DNA from: an uncultured Ruminococcus sp.
GTDB taxonomy: Bacteria > Bacillota > Clostridia > Oscillospirales > Ruminococcaceae
Reading direction: 5' to 3'
Assembly (NCBI GenBank): GCA_947629455.1
Contig: CANRDT010000006.1
Span: 18,476 to 82,475, forward strand
Length of the DNA stretch: 64,000 bases
The translations under genes were made by a program, and so were the position numbers. This document shows positions 1-9,793 of the stretch, one piece after another; the first letter of the stretch is position 1; each line of letters opens with the position of its first letter. Below the pieces are notes generated by a model. That model saw nothing but the letters and a program-made list of their open reading frames with translations, did no database searches and was not told the origin of the DNA.

Positions 1-1
1 T

Positions 2-796
2 CTGCCGACCGTAAAGGAAAGCGACGCCCCCGTTCGTCTTGAAAGGATACGCGGAGATATTTCCCTGCGCAACGTTACGTTTGAGTACGAGCCGGGACAC
101 CCGATAATCAAGGACGTCTCGCTCGATATAAAAGCAGGTCAGATGTACGGTATCGTAGGAAAGACGGGTGCCGGAAAATCGACCATAATAAATCTTATGG
201 CAAGGCTTTACGACGTGACGGGCGGCGAGATAACGATAGACGGAGTGCCGATAAGAAATATCGCGTTCGAGGATCTGCGGCGCAGTATCGGAATAGTTTC
301 GCAGGAAACTTTCCTGTTTATCGGTTCTGTCGCGGACAATATCCGCTATGCTGATCCCGACGCGACTATGGAAGAGGTCATCGAGGCTGCCAAATCGGCA
401 AACGCCCACGAATTTATAACGCGTCTGCCCGACGGCTACAACACCAAGGTGGGAGAGGGCGGAGTTTCACTTTCGGGAGGAGAACGTCAGCGTATCTCCA
501 TAGCGAGAGCCATAATCCAAAAGCCCGACATACTCATTCTTGACGAGGCGACCGCGTCGATGGACACCCGTACCGAAAGAAAAATACAAAACGCCATAGA
601 TCTGCTAAAGCAGGGCAGAACGATAATTTCGATCGCGCACAGGCTGTCGACTCTCAGGGACGCGGATATGCTCTGCGTTATCGAAAACGGCGAACTGAAA
701 GAAAAGGGTACGCACGACGAGCTTATAAAGGCAAAGGGAAAATATTACGAGCTTTACAGACTTCAGGCGGACGCTTTGCAGTTTATAAACAATTGA
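2..796 (+). CDS. ABC exporter ATP-binding/permease protein, C-terminal NBD (5'-truncated by window)
   Basis: Frame open from position 2; Walker A GKTGAGKS, LSGGERQR signature, ILILDEAT, IAHRLST. Confidence 0.93.
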   Translation: MPTVKESDAPVRLERIRGDISLRNVTFEYEPGHPIIKDVSLDIKAGQMYGIVGKTGAGKSTIINLMARLYDVTGGEITIDGVPIRNIAFEDLRRSIGIVSQETFLFIGSVADNIRYADPDATMEEVIEAAKSANAHEFITRLPDGYNTKVGEGGVSLSGGERQRISIARAIIQKPDILILDEATASMDTRTERKIQNAIDLLKQGRTIISIAHRLSTLRDADMLCVIENGELKEKGTHDELIKAKGKYYELYRLQADALQFINN

Positions 797-821
797 GAAC
801 ACGCGATAAAGGAGAATAGCC

Positions 822-1361
822 ATGGATACGAATAACATAGAAGAAGAAATTTACGAGGTGGACAGACTCACCATACTTGACTGCCAAAAGCTTAGTATCA
901 GCAAGGAAAAAAGCGGCTATCTCACGGTGGAGTATGACGGCAGGACATACCGCAAAGTCAATCCCACGCGGCTTACGCCCTTTTACTCAAAGACTACATA
1001 CATCAGTCTTTCTTATGAAAATGACGAAAAGGAATTTCGTGAGATAGGGATAATCAGGGATATGAAAGAGCTGACCGACGAGCAGTACAGGCTGCTTGAC
1101 GATTATCTCGAATACAAATACTATATGCCCGAGATAACCAAGGTCTACAACATAAAGGACAATATGAGAGGTTCTATATTTGTAAAGGCGGACACGACTT
1201 CGGGCAGCAAGACGATATGCATACGCGACTGGTATCAGAATTTCCGTATGCTCAGCTATGATTATCTCTATGTATGCGACGCCGACGGAAACAAGTATTT
1301 CTGTCCCGATATACACAAGCTTGACAAGAAAAGCAGGCTTGTACTGGAGATGTTCACTTGA
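822..1361 (+). CDS. DUF1854-family protein
   Basis: RBS AAGGAG; motifs like 'P+R.FP..YISL', 'EIGII', 'YYMPEITKVY', 'DADGNKY..DIHKLDKKSR'; sits between two related ABC genes. Confidence 0.75.
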   Translation: MDTNNIEEEIYEVDRLTILDCQKLSISKEKSGYLTVEYDGRTYRKVNPTRLTPFYSKTTYISLSYENDEKEFREIGIIRDMKELTDEQYRLLDDYLEYKYYMPEITKVYNIKDNMRGSIFVKADTTSGSKTICIRDWYQNFRMLSYDYLYVCDADGNKYFCPDIHKLDKKSRLVLEMFT

Positions 1362-1410
1362 TCTTTGCGGATCTTCTTTGTTGAAATTGATCTTCAAGGT
1401 GTGAAACCGC

Positions 1411-1540
1411 GGAAATCAATTGATTTCCTAAGAAGTCAGAACGCTGCGCTTTTAAGAGGTAAGAGATAAGAGGTAAGAAGTAAGAGGTAAGAGGTAAGAC
1501 TTTTGTCTTGCTTCTGATCAATTTTATAAAAATTGATTTT
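1411..1540 (+). repeat. Intergenic repeat family A, copy 1 (internally deleted; TAAGAGG heptamer expanded to 6 units)
   Basis: AGAAGTCAGAACGCTGCGCTTTTAAGAGG core shared with 15252, 17194(-) and 34503(-); heptamers at 1453-1494. Confidence 0.9.
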
Positions 1541-1595
1541 CATAGTGCGTAACTGACAGAACGATAATACTCATCAAACGAGAGGAACTGATATA

Positions 1596-3800
1596 ATGGA
1601 TCTATGCCTTTCATTGCCCGAAGACCCGGCGGAGGGAATAGTCTATTCGCTGCCGTTCGGATTCGATCGGGAGGGCAGAGCCGCTGACGGACACTTCTGC
1701 GTCACAAGGGATAATATACTTGTCTACCTTGACGGAAAACTTGCGGAAGAGTACAAAATTTCGGACTTTTCGGAATTTATCTGCCAACAGCAGATAGGCA
1801 CGTCAATGGCTCTGGGAATACAAAAAGACGGAGAAACTGTTTGTTTCTGCGCATTTACGCAGGAGCTTTTCCTGCGCTACGGCGAACTGCTGAAACTGCT
1901 CGATTACCGCGCAAGGACGGGAGAACTTATCACCGAAACGGACGCGGACGAACCGACCTGCCCCAACTGCGGTATGCCGCTCGAGGGCGCAAAGGAGTGT
2001 ATCTACTGCGCCGACAAGGGAAAGACGATGATAAAACTCATAAAACGTGTTGCGCCGTATAAAAAATACTTTATAGCCGCCGTCATCTGCACGATACTTT
2101 CTCAGTCCTTGTGGGTGCTTATGCCCTACCTTGACAGGGTGATAATCGACAAGTATGTCGTTGTGAAAAATGCGGACTGGGCGGGACTTGTCGGTATGAT
2201 GATAACGATAGTCAGCCTGCTTCTGCTTGCGGGATTGTTTGATTATCTGAATATGAAAAACAGCTTTAAGACCGCGCTTAATCTGGGAAGAGATCTCAGA
2301 CAGGACGTTTTCAGAAAATCGCAGCAGCTGTCAATGAACTCCATTTCAAGAAGAACGGCAGGAGAACTCATAAACCGTGTTTCAAGCGACGCCGCAAAGG
2401 TGGAGGATTTTATCACCGCCAACGGCAAGGACGCTATCGTCAAGATACTTTCTCTGCTGATAATCGGCGTGCTGCTTTTCGTTATGAACTGGCGGCTTGC
2501 CCTTATGACCGTGCTGCCCGTGCCGATAGTTTTCCTGATCGTGGAAAAGCTTACCGCCGCTATGAGGATACGCTATACGAGAGTGTGGAAAAATTCCACC
2601 CACCACGGCGAAACGCTGCACGATATACTCAACGGTATCCGCGTTGTGAAATCTTACGGAAACGAAGTGCGCGAGATACAGAGATATACCGACTGCTCGA
2701 AGGAATGGGCAAAGAGCGCGACAAGAGCGGAAATTATGTGGTATCTCACAATACCCGTTTCGGAATTTATTCTGACTATAGGAAATTTTCTGGTGCTGTA
2801 TTTCGGCGGAAAACTTATCCTTGCCGAAACGCTCTCCCTCGGTAAGCTTATCCAGTTCACCACCTATGTGGCTATGCTCTACGAGCCTATCCGCTGGCTG
2901 ATACAGATACCTAAAAATCTGGCTGACGTATCGGTATCGGCAGGAAAGGTCTTTGAGATACTTGACGAGGAATCGGACGTCCGCGACGCCGCAGAGCCTG
3001 TCGATATAGACATTCGGGGAGATATAGAATTTGACGACGTGTACTTCGGATATAAGGTCTACAATCCCGTGCTGAAAGGTATCTCCTGCAAGATAAACAA
3101 GGGCGAGATGATCGGCATAGTAGGTCATTCGGGCGTGGGAAAATCCACCATGATAAACCTTATACTGCGTCTGTATGACTGCACGCAGGGAGAGATAAAG
3201 ATCGACGGAGTGAACATAAAGGATATTTCACAGCACAGCCTGCGTTCGCAGGTGGGCGTGGTATTGCAGGAAACGTTCCTGTTTGACGGCAGCGTTTTAG
3301 AAAACATCGCCTACGCCAAGCCGGGCGCGACCTTCGAGGAGGTAATAAAAGCGGCGAAAATAGCCAACGCTCACGATTTTATCGTCAAGCTGCCGGACGG
3401 CTATAATACCCGTGTGGGAAACAAAGGCTACCAGCTTTCGGGAGGGGAACGTCAGAGAGTGGCTATCGCAAGGGCGATACTCCACGATCCGAAGATACTG
3501 ATACTTGACGAGGCGACCGCGTCTTTGGATACGCAGACGGAAAAGCAGATACAGGAGGCTCTCGGAAAGCTCATAGAGGGACGTACTACTATAGCTATCG
3601 CGCACAGACTTTCCACTCTCAGCAGCGCAGACAGGCTCATCGTTCTCGACAAGGGCAGACTTGCCGAATTCGGTACGCATAAGGAGCTTATGCAGCATAA
3701 GGGCGTATACTATAAATTGGTAATGGCACAGCGGCAGACTACCAAAATGCGAAAGGAAAACGGTAATGCGCAGCAGGCGGCAGCACAGCAGACGGTATGA
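1596..3800 (+). CDS. ABC exporter (TMD+NBD) with N-terminal extension carrying CxxC..CxxC
   Basis: Hydrophobic TMD region, GHSGVGKS, LSGGERQR, LILDEAT; CPNC/CIYC at about aa 122-137. Confidence 0.92.
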   Translation: MDLCLSLPEDPAEGIVYSLPFGFDREGRAADGHFCVTRDNILVYLDGKLAEEYKISDFSEFICQQQIGTSMALGIQKDGETVCFCAFTQELFLRYGELLKLLDYRARTGELITETDADEPTCPNCGMPLEGAKECIYCADKGKTMIKLIKRVAPYKKYFIAAVICTILSQSLWVLMPYLDRVIIDKYVVVKNADWAGLVGMMITIVSLLLLAGLFDYLNMKNSFKTALNLGRDLRQDVFRKSQQLSMNSISRRTAGELINRVSSDAAKVEDFITANGKDAIVKILSLLIIGVLLFVMNWRLALMTVLPVPIVFLIVEKLTAAMRIRYTRVWKNSTHHGETLHDILNGIRVVKSYGNEVREIQRYTDCSKEWAKSATRAEIMWYLTIPVSEFILTIGNFLVLYFGGKLILAETLSLGKLIQFTTYVAMLYEPIRWLIQIPKNLADVSVSAGKVFEILDEESDVRDAAEPVDIDIRGDIEFDDVYFGYKVYNPVLKGISCKINKGEMIGIVGHSGVGKSTMINLILRLYDCTQGEIKIDGVNIKDISQHSLRSQVGVVLQETFLFDGSVLENIAYAKPGATFEEVIKAAKIANAHDFIVKLPDGYNTRVGNKGYQLSGGERQRVAIARAILHDPKILILDEATASLDTQTEKQIQEALGKLIEGRTTIAIAHRLSTLSSADRLIVLDKGRLAEFGTHKELMQHKGVYYKLVMAQRQTTKMRKENGNAQQAAAQQTV

Positions 3801-3829
3801 ACGCCTGACGGTGATCTTATAACGATAAC

Positions 3830-3862
3830 GGGCGGATATTCCTTGCGGAGTATCCGCCTTTT
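3830..3862 (+). terminator. Rho-independent terminator
   Basis: GGCGGATATTCC-TTGC-GGAGTATCCGCC followed by TTTT. Confidence 0.85.
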
Positions 3863-3898
3863 ACTTTCAAAAAAACTCAAAATTGCCTTTAAAACCTC

Positions 3899-3927
3899 TT
3901 GAAAAATCAAAGGCGGTATGGTATAAT
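3899..3927 (+). promoter_or_regulatory. sigma-A promoter of lipoprotein/TCS operon
   Basis: TTGAAA-17-TATAAT with TG extended -10. Confidence 0.75.
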
Positions 3928-4014
3928 TTAAGAGTATCAGAAGAAAGTCAAGAGGGCGGCGCGATACGGCAAAACCGTGCCGCTTGTTACCCGTGCGGCG
4001 TGAGGAGGAGCGAT

Positions 4015-5343
4015 ATGAAAGCTAAAGCCATTGCGGCTGCTGCCGCGGCAGTGATGTTGTCGGGCTGTACCGCCGTGAATTTCAGCGTTGACAATCTGCT
4101 TGCCGCTCCTAAACTTACCGAGGAACAGACGGAGATACACGAGGCTCTCATCTCCGCGGTGGGAAATAATATCACGCTTAAATATCCCAGAAACGGCGCG
4201 AACCGTTCGGCATTCGTCATTGCGGATATAGACGACGAACCTAGCGACGAGGCGCTGGTGTTCTATGAATATAAAGATACGGCGGAAAACGGTCTGCGAG
4301 TAAACGTTCTGGATAAAAATGCCGACGGCGACTGGATATCCGTAAAGGAGATCGCAGGCGCGGGAACGGAGGTCGATCAGGTAATAATCTCTCCGATGGG
4401 CAACGGTAATCAGATAGATGTGCTGGTGGGCTATCAGAATATTTCCGGCGATGATAAAACTTTGGAGATATATAATTATTCGGACGGCGATTTTAACCGT
4501 ATCGGAACGGATACCTATTCCGTGCTGGAAACGTTCGATATAAATTCTGACGGATTCAACGAGCTTATCACGATACAGCGCACCGCGAATCAGGATACGG
4601 GTCAGGTGACGTCGAAAGCGTCGCTGCTCGAGCTGGAAAACGGCGAGATAACCAAGAGCGATCAGATAGATATGTGCGACAACGTCGTTTCATATATCGG
4701 CTCAAAGACGGGCAGGACCTCCGACGGAAGAAACGCGGTATATATAGACGGACTGACCGCCGACGGCGAAATACAGACCGAGATGATATATTACAGATAT
4801 TCCGCGCTGCAAAATCCGATACAGCTGAGAAGTACAAAGCTGCTGCCTCTCTGTACAAGACAATCGGGATATTACAGCTCGGATATCGACGATGACGGCG
4901 TTGTGGAGATACCCTCGACAAGACCTATGCTCGGTTATGAAAGCGCAGTGGCGGAGGAACAGCTGCTGATGACTTCGTGGCTCATATATGAGGATTTTTA
5001 TGAACTGAGCGAGAAGTATTCGGGATATTATTCCGTTTCGGACGGATATGCTATGATGTTCCCCGGAAGATGGGCGGATCAGGTGACGGTAAAAGCCGAT
5101 CCGCAGACGGGAGAAATGGTGTTCTATAAGTACGAGGGAGATATAAACGCATATATGACCGAGCTTATGCGTATAGCGGTAAGCTCCGACAGCGAATCGG
5201 AGGAACTGATGTACGACGGGTATCAGCTTATAAACAGTAAAGGTCAGCTCGATTATCTTGTAAAGCTGCCGACAAACAGACGCGAACAGCTGATACTTAC
5301 GATAGACGAAGTGAGAAATAATTTTTATATCGCCGAGCCCTGA
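4015..5343 (+). CDS. Lipoprotein with repeated DxDxDG (FG-GAP/VCBS-like) motifs, TCS-associated
   Basis: RBS GAGGAGG; MKAK..LSGC lipobox; DIDDEP, DINSDG, DIDDDG motifs. Confidence 0.75.
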   Translation: MKAKAIAAAAAAVMLSGCTAVNFSVDNLLAAPKLTEEQTEIHEALISAVGNNITLKYPRNGANRSAFVIADIDDEPSDEALVFYEYKDTAENGLRVNVLDKNADGDWISVKEIAGAGTEVDQVIISPMGNGNQIDVLVGYQNISGDDKTLEIYNYSDGDFNRIGTDTYSVLETFDINSDGFNELITIQRTANQDTGQVTSKASLLELENGEITKSDQIDMCDNVVSYIGSKTGRTSDGRNAVYIDGLTADGEIQTEMIYYRYSALQNPIQLRSTKLLPLCTRQSGYYSSDIDDDGVVEIPSTRPMLGYESAVAEEQLLMTSWLIYEDFYELSEKYSGYYSVSDGYAMMFPGRWADQVTVKADPQTGEMVFYKYEGDINAYMTELMRIAVSSDSESEELMYDGYQLINSKGQLDYLVKLPTNRREQLILTIDEVRNNFYIAEP

Positions 5344-5376
5344 CGGGCAGCGGAAGGATTGGAAGGAAGGATCTTT

Positions 5377-6078
5377 ATGAAACGTGTTCTTGTGTGCGAG
5401 GACGAGGATTCCATAAGGGAATTTATAGTGCTGAACCTTACGAGGAGCGGCTACGACGTGGTCGATGTAAACTGCGGAGAGGACGCAATAAAAGCTTTTG
5501 AAGATACGGACGGCGGATTTGACGTGGCGCTGCTGGATATTATGATGCCGGGTATCGACGGTCAGCAGGTGTGCAAGAAATTCAGAGAAAAGTCGGATAC
5601 TATGGGTATCATAATGCTTTCTGCCAAGTCGCAGGAAATGGATAAGATCTCTTCGCTTATGAACGGGGCGGACGACTATATCACCAAGCCGTTTTCCATT
5701 TCCGAACTGGTGGCGAGAGTAGACGCGGTGTGCAGAAGAGTAAGTATGTCCCACGCCAAGCCCGAAGCTGCGTCCACTATAGTTTCCGGTCCGTTTACGC
5801 TTAATCTCAAAAGCAGGACCGTTTATAAAAACGGCGAACAGATAGACCTTACTCAGGTGGAATATCAGATAATGGAGTACTTTTTCAAGAATCAGAATAC
5901 TGCGCTCGACCGTACCAGCATACTCAACCACATCTGGGGGGAAAGCTATTACGGCGATGACAAGATCGTGGACGTGAATATAAGACGTATAAGAATGAAG
6001 ATAGAGGACGAACCGTCCAGTCCTAAGTATATACTTACGATCTGGGGATTCGGCTACAAGTGGAGCGGCGGCAACTGA
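5377..6078 (+). CDS. OmpR/PhoB-family response regulator
   Basis: VCEDE, LLDIMMPG, GADDYITKPF, winged-helix VDVNIRRIR..TIWGFGY. Confidence 0.95.
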   Translation: MKRVLVCEDEDSIREFIVLNLTRSGYDVVDVNCGEDAIKAFEDTDGGFDVALLDIMMPGIDGQQVCKKFREKSDTMGIIMLSAKSQEMDKISSLMNGADDYITKPFSISELVARVDAVCRRVSMSHAKPEAASTIVSGPFTLNLKSRTVYKNGEQIDLTQVEYQIMEYFFKNQNTALDRTSILNHIWGESYYGDDKIVDVNIRRIRMKIEDEPSSPKYILTIWGFGYKWSGGN

Positions 6079-6098
6079 GAACTGCGACGGACGGGAAA

Positions 6099-7646
6099 AT
6101 GAGACGGCAAAAATCTGTTGGAGTGGATATTTCTTTGAAAAGAGAAAAAAACAAATACGGCAGACACAGCATAACCAGACACTGGGCAGTGAATAATCTG
6201 GGAATGGTGTTTGCGGTGCTTATAATAATAGAGATACTGCTTGTGCTGGCGGTCAGGAGCTATTATTACAGCTCCGCGCGTCAGTATGTGACGGCTGAAA
6301 TGAATATCGTCACCACCGCGGTAATGCAGAATGCGGATAACCCCAATGTAAATCATAATTCCGAAATACGTTCCGTGGTGGAGGGGTATGAGGAAAAAGA
6401 CAAGATCGAGCTGATGGCGGTAAAGACGGACGGCAGCGTGGATATTACCTCTTCGGGATTTTCTCCCGAGATAGAGGGTGCAATGACCGACTATGAATCC
6501 GCAAAGAAAGCGGTGGGAGGCACTGCGGCGCAGATATACCGTCTTTCAACGGGAGAAAAGGTGCTGGCGGTCACTTCCGTCATTTCGCCGCGCGGCTGCG
6601 AATATGAGGCTTTGCGTATGGTCGCGTCTATGAAAGGCGTCGATCATCAGATATTTATCGTCTTTCTTATAATCACGCTGGTGGTAGTTTTTATCGCATT
6701 GCTTATGTTCTTTTCGGGAATGTTTTTTATACGTTCGATAGTCTACCCCGTAATACAGATAGGAGAGATCGCAAGGCAGTTTGCAAAGGGCGATTTTTCA
6801 AAGCGTATCGAAAAGACCTCCGAGGACGAAGTCGGCGAACTGTGCGATTCGATAAACTATATGGCGGAGGAGCTTTCAAATACCGAGGCGATGAAAAACG
6901 AATTTATATCTTCGGTATCGCACGAACTGAGAACGCCGCTGACCGCAATAAAGGGTTGGAGCGAAACGCTTATAAATATGCACGGCGACGAGGAGACTTT
7001 CCGCAAGGGTATGCGCGTCATAACCTCAGAAACGGAAAGACTTTCGCAGATGGTGGAGGAACTGCTCGACTTTTCGCGTATTCAGGATAACCGCCTTACA
7101 CTGCAAAAGGATACTATAGATATTCTCGCCGAGCTTGGCGAAACGGTGCTTATATATCAGGAAAGAGCAAGAGCGCTCGGCATCACGCTAAATTATTACG
7201 AGCCGGAAATGCTGCCGTTTGTATACGGCGATAAGAACCGCCTGCGGCAGGTGTTTATAAATATCGTGGACAATGCGATAAAATATTCCGATTCGGGGGA
7301 TACGGTATCGGTCGAGGCTTATGAGCAGAATAACGAGATCTGTATTTCCGTTTCGGATACGGGTATGGGTATCTCGAAAGAAGATCTTCCCAAGGTAAAG
7401 ACCAAATTCTTTAAGGCGAATCATACAAGGAGAGGTTCGGGTATCGGACTTGCCGTTGCCGATGAAATAATACAGCGGCACGACGGAACGCTAAGCATAA
7501 ACAGCGAGCAGGGAGTCGGTACGACGGTAATGATAACCCTGCCGTGCATAGATCAGAAGAAAAAGCCGGATAATCAAGCTACCGTGAACGTGGAGCTTAT
7601 TTCCTCGGACGACGGGATAGACGGTATCGCGGCGCAGACGGACTAA
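6099..7646 (+). CDS. HAMP-domain sensor histidine kinase (alternative TTG start at 6135)
   Basis: Two TM segments, HAMP, SHELRTPLT, NIVDNAIKY, DTGMG, GSGIGL. Confidence 0.95.
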   Translation: MRRQKSVGVDISLKREKNKYGRHSITRHWAVNNLGMVFAVLIIIEILLVLAVRSYYYSSARQYVTAEMNIVTTAVMQNADNPNVNHNSEIRSVVEGYEEKDKIELMAVKTDGSVDITSSGFSPEIEGAMTDYESAKKAVGGTAAQIYRLSTGEKVLAVTSVISPRGCEYEALRMVASMKGVDHQIFIVFLIITLVVVFIALLMFFSGMFFIRSIVYPVIQIGEIARQFAKGDFSKRIEKTSEDEVGELCDSINYMAEELSNTEAMKNEFISSVSHELRTPLTAIKGWSETLINMHGDEETFRKGMRVITSETERLSQMVEELLDFSRIQDNRLTLQKDTIDILAELGETVLIYQERARALGITLNYYEPEMLPFVYGDKNRLRQVFINIVDNAIKYSDSGDTVSVEAYEQNNEICISVSDTGMGISKEDLPKVKTKFFKANHTRRGSGIGLAVADEIIQRHDGTLSINSEQGVGTTVMITLPCIDQKKKPDNQATVNVELISSDDGIDGIAAQTD

Positions 7647-7680
7647 TGCCAAACGAAGATGAATTTTAACTTTTTGAAAG

Positions 7681-7712
7681 CTGTTTTCTAAAAAAGTGCG
7701 GGAATAACAGCC
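7681..7712. repeat. Hairpin module E (CTGTTATTCC..GGAATAACAG), degenerate copy
   Basis: GGAATAACAGCCTG shared with 16991 and 43329. Confidence 0.6.
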
Positions 7713-7722
7713 TGCTTTTGGC

Positions 7723-7795
7723 GTATATTCTCCGCCGACGGCGGAGAATATACCATTAAATTATTTTTCCTCCGCCGTTGGCGGAGGAAAAATAA
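7723..7795. repeat. REP-like palindrome doublet (family B)
   Basis: Two perfect hairpins with CTCCGCC/GGCGGAG cores; same architecture at 59541-59607. Confidence 0.9.
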
Positions 7796-7879
7796 ATATA
7801 CGAAACCGAAAATCAGCGTTCTAACTAACTTTACGGAAATCAAGAATTGATTTCCGTAATTGCGAGGTGTATTTTTACT

Positions 7880-8842
7880 GTGAAAGTATCGGCTGAAAAT
7901 TCAGCGGGAAAGGAAATATTCAAGTCGAAGATCGGCGGTCAGGCTGTGATCGAGGGTGTTATGATGAGAGGTATCGACAAAGCGTCGATGGCGAACCGTA
8001 TGCCTGACGGCAGTATCGATCTGGAAATATGGGACATCAAAGGCGGAAAAGATCTGCCGTGGTACAGAAAGATCCCTTTTGTCAGAGGGGTATTTAATTT
8101 TGTCATTTCAATGATCGACGGATATAAATGCCTGATGAGGTCTATGAACAAGCAGCTTGACGAGGACGAGGAGGAAGAGCCTACAAAATTCGAGAAGTGG
8201 CTGGAGGAAAAGCTCGGCGATAAGCTTATGCCTATCGTTATGGGCATTTCTATGGTATTTGGGGTAGTCCTTGCGCTTGCTCTGTTTATGGCGGCGCCGT
8301 CTTTCGTATCAAAGGGGTTAGGCAAGCTGATACCAATGTCGGCGGTGGTCAAGAATATTATCGAGGGACTGCTAAAGATCGCAATATTTATCGGATATAC
8401 CGCGCTTACGGCGCTTATGAACGATATGCGCAGACTGTACGAATATCACGGCGCGGAACATAAGACGATAACTTGTTACGAACACGGTCAGGAACTTACT
8501 CCCGAGAATGTTATGAAGCATTGCCGATTTCACCCGAGGTGCGGCACAAGCTTTATTTTTCTGGTGCTGTTTATAAGCATTTTCGTGAATACCGTGTTTC
8601 GTCTGTCGTGGGATAACGTGTTCCTGCGCGTGATCTGCAAGCTTGCGCTCCTGCCCGTGGTGATGGGGATAGCCTACGAGCTTATCCGCCTTGCCGGAAA
8701 ATACGACAACATCGCGACCAAGATAATTTCCGCTCCCGGTCTGTGGATACAGAGGATAACCACCCGTGAGCCTGACGAAAAGGAAATAGAATGTGCTATT
8801 GCCGCGCTGAAAGCGGTGATACCTGAGGGCGGAGAACAGTGA
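7880..8842 (+). CDS. DUF1385 (YqhQ-like) membrane protein
   Basis: IGGQAVIEGVMM, YHGAEHK, HPRCGTSF, TTREP; upstream of prmC; GTG start after GAGGTG. Confidence 0.9.
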   Translation: MKVSAENSAGKEIFKSKIGGQAVIEGVMMRGIDKASMANRMPDGSIDLEIWDIKGGKDLPWYRKIPFVRGVFNFVISMIDGYKCLMRSMNKQLDEDEEEEPTKFEKWLEEKLGDKLMPIVMGISMVFGVVLALALFMAAPSFVSKGLGKLIPMSAVVKNIIEGLLKIAIFIGYTALTALMNDMRRLYEYHGAEHKTITCYEHGQELTPENVMKHCRFHPRCGTSFIFLVLFISIFVNTVFRLSWDNVFLRVICKLALLPVVMGIAYELIRLAGKYDNIATKIISAPGLWIQRITTREPDEKEIECAIAALKAVIPEGGEQ

Positions 8843-9657
8843 ACGGGCTTGTTGAACTTTCCCGTACCGCCGCGGCTGTCCTCAAAGACGCAGACGTTGA
8901 GGACTATGCCTTTGAGGGAAACGTGCTTGCAAAGCATTGTATTGAAAATAACTGTCAGGGCGATCTGCCGCAGCTTTGCAAAAGACGGGCAGGCGGCGAA
9001 CCTTTGCAGTATATCATCGGCGAATGGGATTTTTACGACCTTACTTTTAAGGTGGGAGAAGGCGTGCTTATCCCAAGACAGGGCACCGAAACTCTCGTGG
9101 ATACCGCGCTCGGAAAGCTGCCGCAGGACAAGCCCCTGACCGTTATCGACCTGTGCGCAGGCAGCGGCTGTATCGGAATGTCGCTTGAAAAACATCTTGA
9201 AAACTTAGATCGGCTTTTTTGTGTGGAGCTGTCCGACAAGGCTCTCGGTTATCTCGAAGAGAACAAGCGGCTGAACGGCTCGTCCGCAGTGACGGTAAAG
9301 GGAGATGTCAGGAATGAACTGACTGCACAAAAGCTCCCCTCCGCCGATCTTATAGTCTGCAATCCCCCGTATCTTACGGCTGAGGATATGAAAGATCTGC
9401 AAAGAGAAGTCGCCTTTGAACCGAAAGAGGCTCTTTTCGGCGGCGAGGACGGTCTTGATCTTTATCGGGATATAGTCAGAATATGGAAAAACGACCTTGT
9501 TTCGGGCGGTATGATGATGTTTGAATGCGGCGCAGGTCAGCACCGTGAGGTCATGGATATTATGATACGCCACGGATTTGCGGACGTCCGCGCGGTAAAG
9601 GATCTCGGCGGAATATTCAGAGCGGTTTACGGATATAAACGCGGCGGCGGTCAATGA
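8839..9657 (+). CDS. prmC: Release factor glutamine methyltransferase
   Basis: GEPLQYIIG, VLIPR, DLCAGSG, NPPY, ALFGGEDGL. Confidence 0.93.
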   Translation: MNGLVELSRTAAAVLKDADVEDYAFEGNVLAKHCIENNCQGDLPQLCKRRAGGEPLQYIIGEWDFYDLTFKVGEGVLIPRQGTETLVDTALGKLPQDKPLTVIDLCAGSGCIGMSLEKHLENLDRLFCVELSDKALGYLEENKRLNGSSAVTVKGDVRNELTAQKLPSADLIVCNPPYLTAEDMKDLQREVAFEPKEALFGGEDGLDLYRDIVRIWKNDLVSGGMMMFECGAGQHREVMDIMIRHGFADVRAVKDLGGIFRAVYGYKRGGGQ

Positions 9658-9793
9658 GTATGAACAGTACGGATAATTGTACTGCTGTGCGGCGTAAAAA
9701 TGTATAAGTACACAAAAACGGACAGTATATATGATATAATAAAGATGTTCCAAAGGGCGGAAAGGAAAAAATCAGATCACGGAGGTAGTATAT

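Noticed and set aside
1453-1500. Heptamer array as a CRISPR
   Set aside because: No spacers, 7 bp unit, no cas genes
4702-5931. 409-aa minus-strand ORF
   Set aside because: Antisense shadow of the lipoprotein and response regulator; no recognisable motifs
9660-9790. LexA/SOS box upstream of recA
   Set aside because: Only isolated GAAC and GTTC half-sites; no GAAC-N4-GTTC
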